DNA from: Vitrella brassicaformis CCMP3155
Lineage: Eukaryota > Protista > Chromerida
Direction: 5' to 3'
Assembly (NCBI GenBank): GCA_001179505.1
Contig: CDMY01000234.1
Span: forward strand, 1-64,000
DNA length: 64,000 nucleotides
Within the stretch, counting starts at the first letter, position 1; each line of letters opens with the position of its first letter. The notes beneath the pieces are model-generated. The model was not told the DNA's origin, did not search any database, and saw only the letters and a program-made list of their open reading frames with translations. The translations under genes and the position numbers were made by a program. This document shows, piece by piece, positions 1 to 13,500 of the stretch.

Positions 1-492
1 CCCCACACCATCCGCCAGTACCCCAGAGTGCAAGACCTCAGCATCGAGATCGGACCTTTCGGAGAGTTCAGTTACGATGTGGCCAGCGACCAGGACATCT
101 ACACCGCGAGAGCCGAGAGCGTCCCCGAGCGGCTGCGGGACCTCTTCCGCCTCGTCCACGAGCTGCGGCCGAGGCACGCCACCCTCAAGCTCAGCGAGCG
201 AGCCGACATCCTCACCGCCTCTGGCGACGCTGACCAAATCAAGAGCCAGCTCGATTCGCTGTTCCGCCAGGGCCGCGTGCGGCAGGCCATGCCCGAGTAT
301 GCCATGGAGGTGACGCGACTGGCGTACGAGCGATTCGATGAGGAGGAGACATCGGATGTCGAGCTGGCACAGCGGCCACGCGAGCACGAGTGGACCGTCG
401 AGATGGAGATGCGGCCGGTAGGTGATGCTGCTGAGGAGGAGGGCAGTGAGGGCATGGCGGACAGACAGACAGACAGACAGACAGATGGGTGA
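1..492 (+). CDS. 3' end of an uncharacterised protein, paralog of the gene at 3283-5636 (5' part lies outside the window)
   Basis: The frame is open from base 1 to the stop at 490-492. The translation (RQYPRVQDLSIEI...SVPERLRDLFRLVHE...RPREHE) aligns closely with the last exon of the 3283-5636 gene, and the DNA matches 5170-5636. Confidence 0.8.
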   Translation, partial: PHTIRQYPRVQDLSIEIGPFGEFSYDVASDQDIYTARAESVPERLRDLFRLVHELRPRHATLKLSERADILTASGDADQIKSQLDSLFRQGRVRQAMPEYAMEVTRLAYERFDEEETSDVELAQRPREHEWTVEMEMRPVGDAAEEEGSEGMADRQTDRQTDG

Positions 493-1849
493 GCGGACCG
501 GCCGAGCCTCACGGCCAGGCCCGGCGGTATGGAGCTGTCGTGTTTTGAGGCGGCACTACTCTGCGGTAGGGGTGTGTAGGGGTGGACGGCTTTGTTGACG
601 TGAGTATGCGTCCGCCTTTATGCCATGTTTTGGGCAGTGCATGCTGTGTCTTTGGATGCCGCTGTATCAATCAACCACTATCAGCGTGCATACCTTTCCC
701 ACCGCCCACAGTCGCGATTGGCGGTGTGACATCAATCACTTGACTGACTCAAACACGTTGCTCATCTCACGGCGCGTCTGTGCAGGCCAGGCACCGACAA
801 TCGTGCCAAGATCTTGAATCACCATCACACATGGTCTGTCGCGTCCCATCCAACAGAAGAATGGAGAGACAGCCACACACACAACCCAACACATATGACA
901 GGCAGACAGCCATGAGGGGCTTCCTGCAGACAGATGAAGTAACGATGTGAGCGACAAGGGCAGGCGTCACGAAGGCGAGCACTTGCCGCTCATCTATTTC
1001 GAACCAGCACAGCCTTAAGGACAGATACCAAACACTCAGAGACACAGACACACAGACACACAGATGAAGGAATGGACATGACATGTAGCCAAAGAAGGAA
1101 AAAGAGTGTCTGTCTCTGATGAATTGAATTAGTCGGCGACCATCTGGTGTGTGGTGTGCACAGCGGATGAAGGAAGCGCTTGCTGTGTGTGTGTGTCCCT
1201 CCCTCCCTATCTGCCTCCCTATGTGCCCCCATCTCCCATGAGATTGGTGCGAATGTGCGTGTGCCTGTCGACCTGTCAGCGCCTCGCTGCTTTGGACCAC
1301 ACTGACTGACCCGTCGACACCCACACGTCCCTCTCCCCCTCTCCCCCTCTCTGCAGGCAGGCAGGCAGGCAGACAGACAAGCGTGTGTGTCATGCCCGGA
1401 AGACCAGGCACCACACACGGACGAAAGATAGAGACATCGAGACACCATCAACACACACGCGACAAATCCATCCGCGTGGGCCGATGTATCCGCCCCTACA
1501 CTGCCACATACGCAAGAGTAGCTAGAGCGTGCTGATGAGTCAACGAACGGCTGGCTGCACACACAAGACACAACCACACAGTCACGGTGGCCACGCCCAC
1601 ACACCCGTTCATGGCCTTCTCTCTCTGTGGCTGTACGTGTGTCTGTCCCGTATGTCACCCGTCAGCCAGCACCATGCAGCACGCCGCCATGCCGCACTCA
1701 GACACAGACACACCTCATCGTCCATCCATCCATCCATCCATCCGGCAAAGACAAATAGACACACACACATGCAACAGACAGCTGACTAGAATGCGGACGG
1801 ACCCCCACTCAATTATAAGGCCATGGACGGCCACTTTGATTGCTTGCGT

Positions 1850-2798
1850 CTACAGAGGCCCCCCTGTATTGCAGCTCCACCTCATCATGCCCGGCGAAAC
1901 CTCCATGCGCCCAGGCCATGGGGTTATGACCATCGCGCCCCTACACTGCCTGAAGCCGTACTGCTCACGCGCAGGACAGCAAATGTCGCTGTGGAAGCAG
2001 CAGCGATCTCCCTCGATGCTGGCGATGACATAACCCGCTGCAGCATACCATCCATCCATCCACACAACCAAGGGGCATGTGTTGACAAAGTGAGTGCTTG
2101 ACGTGTCCCAGGCCACCCTCCCTCATAACGTGGCTTTCGAGACCTACCAAAGTGAGTCGCCGGGCCGCCAGGTGGGAGGTCGGGAAACCAGCCGCAGACC
2201 TGTCTGCCAATTGCTTGGGCAAACGAGCCGCTTTCTTCTGGCATGAACTGCGGCGGATCCATACAGGTGAGTCCACACGCTGAGAAAGGATCATCCCACC
2301 CGTCGAAGGCCTCGGTGTAGAAGGTGTCCCTGATTGCAGCGATGCATTTCTCTGCACCCTGAGAGGCATGCTTTCGCGCTTCGTCTCGTGTGTGGTGATG
2401 ACACGTGAGCCGTCTGGATTTCGAATTGAATGCAATGTCCATGACTCTCTGCATGGACAGCCAAATGAGGGAGGGAAAGGGCGGATGAGGGAAGGGCTGG
2501 TCTGCTCTCATCTGATTTGCTTGCACACACATACCGGCGGGTCGTATACTCGGGGCTGCGGGTCATCGCGCACCCAGTAGCGGTGGAGCTCGAAGAGGAA
2601 TCGCACCTTGCAGTCGCGCTCCTCGCAGGGCCCGGATACAAGCCCCCCACTGGGATGTCCCCAGCAGGGGTAGGTGTCCTCGGCAGTCGCGTTGGTTGCG
2701 GGAGCGATGAAGTCTGAAGGCACATCAGCCTGAGGGGGGGAATCGAACGTGGCCGAGGTGGTGAGGAGCACCACGACACTGCAGAGGAGAAAGAGCAT
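1850..2798 (-). CDS. Putative secreted Cys-rich hypothetical protein (about 3 exons)
   Basis: ATG at 2798 begins a signal-peptide-like MLFLLCSVVVLLTTSA. A phase-0 GTATGT donor after ...RVYDPP joins CAG|AGAGTCATG (RVMDIAFN...). A phase-1 GTAGGT donor after ...THF joins CAG|CG (AGYVIASIEGDRCCFHSDICC...). The stop is at 1850. No family was recognised. Confidence 0.45.
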
Positions 2799-3282
2799 GG
2801 ACCTCGGCGAGAGGAACGCCACGAGGCGGCTGCGTGAACAAAGGGCGGCGTGCACGACCCAAAGGAGTGGACTCAATGAAAGGCTGGTTGTAGACCAGCT
2901 GCACTCGACGGGGTGCTGATGCAGACGGTGGATGGGCCCTCTGGTTGCTTGCCACGCAAGCGCTTTTGAACGCAACGGCTGCGTTAACGGATTTGCGAGC
3001 TTCGAAGCTCTCGCCATACGTCGACTACGCAGCGGCATTCTCAAGTCTGGATGGACAAACCATCAGTGGCGTCACAGAACGACGGGCCGCCGCCATCAGA
3101 GAGGACACACCTTGGGACACACAAGGGGACCCGCAGCCGCACATTCATCGCAGGAACTTGTAAGTGGGTCGGGAGAAATCTCAGGGCCGCTGACGAATGA
3201 TATCTTCCTGTCTTTGCGTGCGTGAATCTGCAGGAAGCCGTAGCAGCGTAGCGATCTCTGGTGTGTGTGTGCGTTGAGAGCG

Positions 3283-5636
3283 ATGGACGGCCCGCCAGCC
3301 AAAGCCCCGCGCACTGCCGCTCCGGCCCAGAGTGATGACCCGTCTAACCGCAATGCATCAAAGAGCCTCACGAGCCTTCTGGATGGCGATACCTGGCTCA
3401 ACGTGTCATCGTATCAGTCCGTCAAGGAGCGCCTGGCGATGAGCTGTGTCTGCCGTGCCTTCTACTGGGCCATCTATTCGCTGATCCGGGTCATCAACTG
3501 GCACCGCCCCAACCACGGCCTCAGCTGCAGGGGACCGGGCGGCAGCCTCGTGACGTTCGAGCAGCAGCAGCAGGCCATCATCCTGCTGCCCACAAAGGAG
3601 GAGGTCGAGGAGATCGGCCGGGCGCGGCTGTTCGCCTTTGTCTCTCTGCAGCTGGTCAACCACATCGACACTCTCAAGGCCATCCAGACGACACAAGCCA
3701 AGCAGCAGCGAGACGGGAATGATGATGCCGATGAAGAGGGGAGCGACCAGCCAGTGGCGCAGGTCAGGGGGCCCGATGCGGTGTTTCCGTCGGTCAGGTC
3801 GATTGAGGTGGACAGCCTCGACGGACTCCATCTGTTCCAGCAGCAGAAGCTCGTCTGCCCAGCGCTCGAGCGGCTCACCGGCAAAGTCCTCCCTGAGTAC
3901 ACAATCGGTCGCCTCGAAGTGCCTGGCAAGTGGGCATCCAGGATCCGCGCCACGTTTGATGGCAGCCTGGCGTTCATCCTGGGATCGTCCCCATCCCTCA
4001 GCCACCTGGACATCTTCCCACTGCTGTGCTGCCACGGACGGGCAGCTGACTCTGTCGTACCCCTCACCACCGCTGCACTCTCATCGCGCAAGAACCTGCA
4101 CCACGTCGGCCACCTCACGCTGTTGGGGAGCTCACGGGTGTTTTACCCCCCACTACGCAACCCGGAGACCAGCAAGGTGGTGACTCTCCTGCGGCAGCTG
4201 CCGCTGCACGAAGGCGGCGCGGCGGGCTCGACCGGCAGCGCAAGTGCGGCCCTTCCCCCCTCCCCCTTCCCGTCGGGAGCCGCCAGGAAGCGCCAGCTCA
4301 AGGTCACCTGCCCACTTGAGATCGTCCGAGACCTGGTCAACCCAGACAACTGGTCCAATGGCTCGGTGCAGACGATTCAGGCGGCAGAGGAGATGGGATG
4401 GGAGGTGGTGAGGGAGGGAGGCGAGACCTCCATCCACTGCTACGGCGAGACGACTCAGGGCCCGCCGACCGCCGAGACCCTCAAGCTGGTGGAGACCATC
4501 AAGCGGCACGTGGGAGGGGGCGACCGTGTGAAGTTGGAAGGATGCTGGATCGAGTCGCCCTCTCCCACCAGCCCATATTTCAGCGGCATCCGCTTCGATA
4601 GCGCGCGCCGCCTAGCGATCGAGCTCGACAGTGATTGCCCCGATGTCGATGCTGAGTGCTTCGATTGCATCCCCCAGTGGCTGACCGAGGAGATGACCAC
4701 GCTCAACTCACTCAGGTGAGTGAGGCGAATAACAGACGCGATGAAGGCGCTTGACCCAGTTCCTCTGTGTGTGTGTGTGTGTGTCGATTCTTGGACAGTA
4801 ACGTGACAGAGCTCTACCTGATGGACTTTGGTAGCACGGATGATGTCTCGACGTGCGACCCCGAGTACCTGATCCCGCCCGCCACGCCCAACCGACTCTC
4901 GCGCCTCCTCTCTTCACTCCCCGCCCTCACACACGTGTACCTCTGTGGCCCGACGGTGAACGGCATCATGGCCTCTGAGGTGCTCGCGTACATCCAGCAG
5001 GGCATCACACCAAAGCCACTGAAGGTACCAATGCACACACATGGCACGAACACACCCCTTTCGAATGACTCCTTCTCACTTGGGTCGCAGAAGTTGGACA
5101 TAGCGGATTTTTCGCTCTTTCTCTACCGGCCTTGCACCAAGGCGGCCGCCCCAGTCGCCTTCCCCTCACCCGACACCGCCCGCCAGTACCCCAGAGTGCA
5201 AGACCTCAGCATCGAGATCAGACCCATCGACCACCCCATGGGCGACCAGGACATCTACAACCCGACAGCAGGGAGCGTCCCCGAGCGGCTGCGGGACCTC
5301 TTCCGCCTCGTCCATGAGGTGCGGCCCGAGCGCGCCACTCTCAACCTCAGCGAGCGAGCCGACATCTTCACAGCCCCTGGCGAGCCTGACCGAATCAAGA
5401 GCCAGCTCGACTTGCTGTTCCGCGAGGGCCGTGTGCGTGAGGACATGGCCGAGTATGCCATGGAGGTGCGTCTGCCCAACATCTACCGGCGGTATGATGG
5501 TGAGGAGTCGTCGCTCCACGAGCTGGCAGCCCGGCCGCGCGAGCACGAGGTGACCGTCAAGATGGAGATGTGGCCGCTCGACGACTGTGACGACGAGGAG
5601 GGGATGGAGGGTGGGGAGGGCCAGTGGACGGACTGA
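3283..5636 (+). CDS. Uncharacterised protein with an N-terminal F-box-like motif and an LRR-like body (tandem family member)
   Basis: Long exon 3283-4715 and a GT-AG intron 4716-4798 that joins in frame (LS-NVTELYL). A probable in-frame 66-nt intron lies at 5025-5090. LTSLLDGDTWLNVSSYQSVKERLAMSCVCRAF resembles the F-box consensus, and L..L.I/L periodicity appears downstream. The family assignment is by eye. Confidence 0.75.
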
Positions 5637-6511
5637 TGATGGAGGAGATAGTTACTTATTGTGAATAGCCAGCTAGTTGTGTAGACAGACAGACAGACAG
5701 ACACACAGACGAGAGGACAGACCGACCGAGCCTCAGACGGGCCTTGTTCTGCGGCACGGAGCGGGTGCGGTGGCGTGCCGTCTGCGGGTCGATTTTGAGG
5801 GTGCATCGACGGCTCTGGGTGGGTGCAGACCATGCATGCATGACTGACTCAATGCGTGTGCCCACATCACCGTGTCATCTCTCGTGCGTTGGACATGGAC
5901 ATGGACTGTGAAATGATTCATTCATCCATTCACTCAGTCATTCATTCGCCGACTAATTAGGTAGTGGGTCCATCCATCCAATCACCATGCATGAGCATGA
6001 GCCGGTCTGTCCCTGTACAGATCAGATAGATAGCGTAGTATAAAGCGCATGTACGCTGGCTGCCGTCATATCACCGCATCCATGGTGCAGGCAGGCAGGC
6101 AGGCAGGCAGGCAGGTATCTACAGGCCACCCAACCATCCCTCCCTCCCCCAACCCCCTTCTCCGTCTCTCAGCCACGCGACGCATGTGTGTATCATGGCG
6201 TCCGTCGCCCGGCCCGAGAGCTATGGCTATGCTATACTTGTGTATGTCTGTGTGTGTGGCATGTAGTGGCATGGTGTGTCGTGGAGTGTCTCATGGAGCG
6301 TGTGGATGGGTGGATCGATAAGAGGTCTGCCGGCAGGTGGCTGGCTGGCTGGCTGGCTGGCTAACTCGATGGCTGTCCGATCATAGCTATGGCTACACTC
6401 CTCTCTCTCCCGACGCCTCTCTCCCGCGTCTTTCGACAATGCCACGCAATACGATCCGATACGATAGCCGCTGATCCATCCATCCATCCTTCCACCACTC
6501 TGTTTGTCTAT

Positions 6512-9500
6512 CTACCCCTCAAAATCCTGTGGAGCCGTCAGATCACAGAACAGACCACACACACGCATAGAAACACACACACACACACACACATTCGTTC
6601 GTTCGTTCGTTAGTCCGGTTCCCTCTGAGTGTGTGTGGGTGTGTGCGTTGCCTACATCATCGCCGTTGTCGTCTTCTTCCTCCTCGTCGTCCTCATCGTC
6701 ATCGCTCTTGACGTACTTCTTCTTGCCGCCACCCGTCGCCTGCACAGCACAGCCAAGGGCCCACGTGTGTGTGCTGTCTGTCTAGGAGGGCGTGTTTGTG
6801 TTGTGTCTTGTGCATCAGGCAGGTATGGTACCTGGGCAGCAGCACGCCGTGGGCGACGGACCTCCTCACTCTCCTCGTCCTCTACGTCCTCCATGCGATC
6901 GTCCTCATCCTCATCATCCTCAGAACGCTGCTGCTCATCACACACACACACACACAGGGAGAGAGTGGTGAGCTTGCGGTTGGAGTGTGGTGTGATCTGA
7001 CCTTGGGTGGCTTCTTGGGAGGTGGGTTCTTGGCCTTCGCTTGCTTGGGCTGCTTCTTCTTGGGCGTGTCGCTCGACTCATCTAAACACAATACACACAC
7101 ACACACACACACGCACGCACGGGACACACGAAGGGCGATCTAGCGCAGAGTGCACGGTTATGCCGTACCATCGTCGTCGTCCTCTCGTTTCTTCTTCTTG
7201 CCCACCACCGCCGCCGCCGCCGCCGCCGCTGCTGCAGGCTTCTCCTGGTCCACACACACACATAGACACATAGACACATAGACACACACGAGTGATGGCG
7301 AGGCGAGATGCAAGAGTGTCCTTTGCTGCTGCAGGTGGACTGCAGTTGGCAGGCTGGCAGGCTGACCTTGTCGGCGGCCTTTTTGGGCTTGGCGGCAGCA
7401 GCCTTGGGGGCCTTCTTGTCATCCTCATCGTCAGCGAACTGACCACACACGCACACACACACACACACATAGAGAGAGAGAGAGAGAGGCACACCTGCGT
7501 TTTGTTTGTGGACTGTGTGTGTGGTGTGTGTGTACCAGGTCATCGTCGAAGAGCGACTTGCCCTTGTCCTTCTTGTCCTGCTCCTTCTTGCCCTTGCCCT
7601 TGGCCTTAGCCTTAGCCTTGCCCTTGGCGGCAGCAGCAGCAGCCGCGCCGTCCTCATCCTCGTCCTCATCGTCATCTGACACACACATTCAGACGGCAGT
7701 GGCGCGTGCATCAGTTCTTTGTCAACAGGCACTTACCGTCGTCATCGTCGTCGTCATCGGCTGGGCGCTTGGCGGCCTGCTTGGCTTTGGGCTTGGCCTT
7801 GGCGGCCTGCACTCATTCAGCACACACAGAGAGGGGGAGGGGGATGTCACGGGTGCATGGTTTGGTGTGTGAGGCGTCTGGCTGACCTTGAGTTTCTTGG
7901 GCTTCTCGTCCTCGTAGTCGTCGTCGTCATCCTGCCGCCATACACATGCATCGACACACACGACGCACGCAAGAGCGCATGTGTGTGGCATCCCAGCCCA
8001 TCCTATCCCATCTCTCTCCTCTGACCTCCTCACTCTCCTCGTCCTCGTCTTCGTCCTCCTCATCGTCATCGTCATCGTCATGGTCGCTCTGCACCTTCTT
8101 CTTGAGCCGCCCCTTGCGCACGGGCCTGCCCTCCCCCTCCCTCTCACCACCCAGACCGTCCTTCTCGTCCTCGTCAACCAGGGCCACATCGCCATCGCCA
8201 TCCCCACCACCAGCACCAGCAGCCGCAGCAGCCGCAACTACCTCCTGCACACACACACATGGATGAGTGGATGGAGGAGGGGAGGNNNNNNNNNNNNNNN
8301 NNNNNNNNNNNNNNNNNNNNNNNNNNNNNNNNNNNNNNNNNNNNNNNNNNNNNNNNNNNNNNNNNNNNNNNNNNNNNNNNNNNNNNNNNNNNNNNNNNNN
8401 NNNNNNNNNNNNNNNNNNNNNNNNNNNNNNNNNNNNNNNNNNNNNNNNNNNNNNNNNNNNNNNNNNNNNNNNNNNNNNNNNNNNNNNNNNNNNNNNNNNN
8501 NNNNNNNNNNNNNNNNNNNNNNNNNNNNNNNNNNNNNNNNNNNNNNNNNNNNNNNNNNNNNNNNNNNNNNNNNNNNNNNNNNNNNGGGGGGGGGGGGGGG
8601 GGGGGTTGGGGCTTGGCTGCGTACGTCATGGTTGTCGGGAATGCGCTTCTGTCCTGGTGGGGTGGCGAGCTTCTTGGCCCTCTCCAGTCGCTCCCACAGG
8701 TTGCCCTGCTTGTTCAACTGCATCGACCAACCAACCAACCACAGCATCACAGCGAGACCACCATAGACAGCGCATTGAGGGGTGGCTGACCTCGCCACGA
8801 AGGCCGTCGTCGCCGTCTTTCTTCTTCGGCTTGGCCTTGGCCTTGACCTTGGCCTTGGCCGCCTTGCCGCCACCAGCAGCAGCACCAGCCCCCCGCCCCA
8901 TGTCATCGTCATGGTCGTCGTCGTCAGCGTCGGCGTCGATGACCTCCATGGGGGCGTCTCCCTCCTCGCTCGACTCCTTCTTCTTGTCCTTGCCGCCATC
9001 CTGCTTGGCCTTGGCCTTGCCCTGACACACACACACACACACACAAAAAAAAAAAACACACACACACATGGATGGATGGATGGATGGAGGCAGGCAGACC
9101 GACCTTTGGTTTGGGTTTGGCTGCCTTGGGTTTGTCGTCCTTCTTGACCCTGTCCTTATCCTTGTCCTTGTCTTCCCCTTTCTTCTCCTTGGCCTTCTTC
9201 TTCTGCTGCTGCTGGTCCTCCTCGTAGTCACTCTCGTCCATGTCGTCGTCCATGTCATCATCGTCATCATCATCGTCGTCACTCGAGTCGTCCATCAGCT
9301 GACACACACACACACACACACACACAACACACACACACACAGACAGAGAGAGAGAGAGAGAGACGTGTGTGCAGTGTGTGTGTGTGTGTGGGCGCGGCTT
9401 GCTCACGTCATTGTCCTTCTTTTTCTTGGCTTTGGCGGCTTTGGCTTTGGCTTTGGCTTTGTTGGCGGCGGGGATGCGCCCCTTGGCGACCTTGCCCTTG

Positions 9501-10271
9501 GGCGGCGAGAAGATGACCTTCTTGCGCTTGCCCTTCTTGCCGTCCAACTCGGCTGCAGCATCCTCTGCGTCAATGCGATCCTGACAACCACACACCGCAC
9601 ACACAGACACACACACACACACATGAATGTGTGTGGGGGAGAGAGGGGAGGGAGAGAGAGAGAGAGAGAGGGAGGGAGGGGTAGCTTACCTGTTCAGCGA
9701 GAGCTACTTCTAGGGCGTCGAGGTCCTTCTCCCACAGCTGGTGCTCGGTGGTCCTCCTGAGCGTGTCGAGCTCGGTCTCCTTGTCGCCCTTCTGCTTGCG
9801 CAACTCCTCTACCTACTCACACACAGACACGGAGCGAGAGACGGAGAGAGAGACTGGGCGTCTGTCTAATGGTGTGTGTGTGTGTGTGGTTGTGTGGATG
9901 GCGTGGCTTGCCTTTTCCTGTGTGAGGTTCCACATGGCCATGCCGAGGAGGTAGTCGTAGTCCTTGGCCTTGACCACACCCATGCCCTCGTCACCGTCCT
10001 CAACCGACTCATCCTAACCACACACACAACACACACAATCACAATCACAAGCACAATGACACACACACACTGTTTCTGTGCCCGTGTGGCTGTCTGTCTG
10101 TCTGTCTGTGTGGGGTAGTGGTGTAACTACCTCCTTGTCTACTTGGTCGGGGTCAGGCACGTCGCCCTCGGGCCCCTTGTGCGCCCCCTCCAGGATGGCA
10201 CTCATGGCGTCGAACCCCAAGTTCTGCAGCTCGTCCAACAGCAACTGACGCTTCCTGACAACCAACACATG

Positions 10272-10303
<32 letters not shown>

Positions 10304-10486
10304 TATGCTGTGAGGGTGGTCGCGGGCGGATGAGGACCCACCGACCGGTTGCGGATTTCGAGTTCTTCGTTGACGACGGCGAGGACGAACTTGACCTTGT
10401 TGCTGAGGATGCGCAGCTCGCGCTCGAGCTTGTCCACCAAATAGGCCTTGCGCTTCTGATCACACAGACAGACAGACCGACACACA

Positions 10487-10517
<31 letters not shown>

Positions 10518-13500
10518 ACTTTGTAGAATTCGAGTCTGAGTCTGTTGAATTTTGTGAGTATGTCGAGCTCGCTCTCGTACTTGTGGATCTTGCCGTCAGG
10601 TCCGAAGAGGGTCATGTTGGTGAGGGCGAGGGAGGTCTTGAGCTTGAAGGCCGTCGCCAAACCCTTCTTCTCGCACTCGGCCATCTTCTCTGCACACGCG
10701 GTGGTCGACGCAGACACCACACAACACACACAGGGAGAGAGAGAGAGAGTGCATGCGTGTGTGTGGGGGTCCTTTCTCCCTCTCTGTCTCTCTCTCCCCC
10801 TCTCCCCCTCTCCCTCTCTCCCTCTCCATATGTGTCTGACCCACCCCTCACCGACCTTCGGTGAGGCGCACAGTGAAGTGGACCTCTGCGTGTCCCGAGT
10901 TGTCCCGGTACTCCTCGATCATGTGTGAGTCCCCCTTGTCGGCGCCCTTGTCCTTGTCCTTCTTGCCCTTGCCGTTGCTGTCGTCCTGCGGGAGCTGCTT
11001 CTCCAACCACTCCTTGTAATCCTGGGTGGTTTGGTGTGGTGGCAAGACGCGACGCACACACACACACACACACAGAGGGAGGGAGAGGGAGAGGGTGTGT
11101 GTGGGGAGGGAGGGAGCAAGGGTGGATGGGATGGGTACCTGAGTCCATTTCTTGACGGGGAGTTCGGTGATCTCGACGGTGGTGTCGTCGATCTTGTTGA
11201 TGGTGCCGATGCTGTCGTAGCCGCCCTTGGAGTTCTTCTTCATCTGACCCTGTGTGAGGCACACACACACAGACGGTCCATCCATCCAGCCAGCCAGCCA
11301 GCCTCCCTCCCTCTCCCCCTCTCTGCGTCTGTCTGTCTGTGTCCTCCTCCCTCTGACCCACTGCCCCACTGCCCCACCCCACGCACCTGGAAGCCACGGT
11401 ACCAGGGCGCCATGGGCTCCATCTCCTCTCCCCTGAGGAACCGCCGTATGTTGGCGATGATGTCCCTGGGGTTATAGTTCTGGACGCTGGAGCTCCAGCC
11501 GGTGCCGATGCCATCACACCCGTTGACGAGCACCATCGGGATGACCGGCACGTAGAACTTGGGCTCGATGATCATGCCGTCGTCCTTCTGGTGATCCAAC
11601 TGACATACGAGAGAGACCACGCAGAGGGAGAGGGAGAGGGAGAGGGGGTGGGAGTGTCCCTGGTGTGTCTCTGGTCGGCTGCGGGTGGCTGAGTGCAGGT
11701 ACCAGAGGCAAATCGTCAGGGTGGAAGATGTGCTGGGCGCAGAGCGACAAGCGCGTGAAGATGTATCGCGGCGCGGAGGAGTCCTTCCCTGCACACACCA
11801 CACCACACCACACCATATCAACCCACGTGTGCAGGTGAGCACGTCCGTCCGCCCACCTCAGCTCACCTCCCTCCTTGCGCGAGCCGAACTGTCCACTGGG
11901 GACGAGTATGTTGATGTTGTTGGAGCCCACGAAGTTCTGCGCCATGTTTATGATGGTCGTCTGCAGAGACGCCTCGCCGTGGTGGTACGCCGAGTGCTCA
12001 GCCACATAGCTTCACAACACACACACGTGGATGGATATGGATCGGTGGAAGGGTCGAGGACAGGATAGTACAGTACCCGGCGAGCTGCGCGACTTTGAGG
12101 TCCGTCTTGACCTTCTTCTTGAGCACGGCGAACAGCACCTTCCGCTGACCGGGCTTCCAGCCGTCGACCAAACTGGCGATGGAACGGGCCGTGTCGTACC
12201 TGCACACACACACACGCAGCCAGGGTGGGGGAGAGTGGGTGTGCCGGTTGGGGGGAGAGGGAGGGGGTTTACTTACTTGGAGTGTATGACGAGCTCTTTG
12301 TTGATGAAGTCGGTGTAGGTCAGCACAGACTTGGAGTGGTCCACAAAAGTGCCGTCCTGAGACCAACCACACACACACACACACACAGGGAGAGAGAGAG
12401 AGAGAGAGGGGCGGGGACAACAAATGCAGCTCTGGATGGATGGCTGGCTGGCTGGCTTGCTGCTGACCTACCTCGTACTTGAGGATCCATTCTTTGCGCT
12501 CGTCGGCCTTCTTCTTGCTGAAGGCCATGTCGATCAACTCCGAGTCCTCCCCTCCTGGCCATCACACACAGTCTCGGATGGGTGAGATTGATGTATTGTG
12601 CTTTGTGTGCTTGGTGTGCTTGGTGTGCTTGGTGTGTGTGTGTACCGACCGGTCCATTTGAAGGTGAGCTGGTGCTCGTCGATCTGTTTGAAGTACTCCT
12701 TGAACTCGCGGTCGGTCGAGGTGCCCAAACCCTACACACACACACACACACACACAGACACCAACCATATCATCTGTCTGTCGGTGCGGGTAAGGTGGGT
12801 GCTGCAGCAGTGACTGACTTTGTAGTATTTGGTTTTCCAGCCCTTGCCGTCGTTGTTCTCTTCCTTCCACTGCTCGTACTCGGGCAAGGTGAAAAACGAC
12901 ACCTCGTCGCTACTACGAGTCACCTGCCATGACACCATGACACCATGACGCCATGACGCCGTGACGCCGTGAGTGACAACACACCATGGCCATGGCCACA
13001 CATGGCTGGCTGTTGGTTTGGTTACTTTGACGATGGGTGTGACGAACTCCTTGAGGAATCCCCTGTATTGGAGCAGCTCCGGCCAGTAGTGGTCGAACAG
13101 GTTGATCAGCAAACCTTTGATGTGAGACCCGTCAGTGTCCTAAACACACACACAGAGAGAGAGAGAGAGTGTGTGTGTGTGTGTGAGGAGGGGATGAGGT
13201 TCGGCTGACCTGGTCGGTCATGATCATGATGGATCCGTATCGGAGGCCCTTGGGCGTCTCCTGCCGCTTGCCAATCTACACACACACACACACACACTCT
13301 CTCTCTCTGTGTGTGTGTGTGTGTGGATGTGCTGCCCACCCACCTGCAGTCCCATGACTTTGAGCAGGTTCGTGAGCTCCTGGTTGGCCGTCACCTGGTT
13401 GTTCTTGCACTCACGCACGTTCAACATTTTGCCCTACACAAACAAAGCACACACAAACACACACACACACGAGCCAACGAACGAACGAACGAACAGACAA

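Noticed and set aside
2932-3225. Short plus-strand ORFs upstream of the F-box-like gene considered as a transposon remnant
   Set aside because: No transposase, RT or integrase motif, no terminal repeats, and the region lies in a divergent promoter/UTR interval.
8586-8606. Poly-G/poly-C runs beside the assembly gaps as G-quadruplex elements
   Set aside because: The true sequence is hidden by Ns, and homopolymers at gap edges are commonly sequencing or scaffolding artefacts.
12150-12180. DGWKPGQRK in TOP2 instead of DGLKP/DGFKP
   Set aside because: A single substitution in an otherwise intact motif. It is probably lineage-typical, and I cannot show it is unusual without an alignment.
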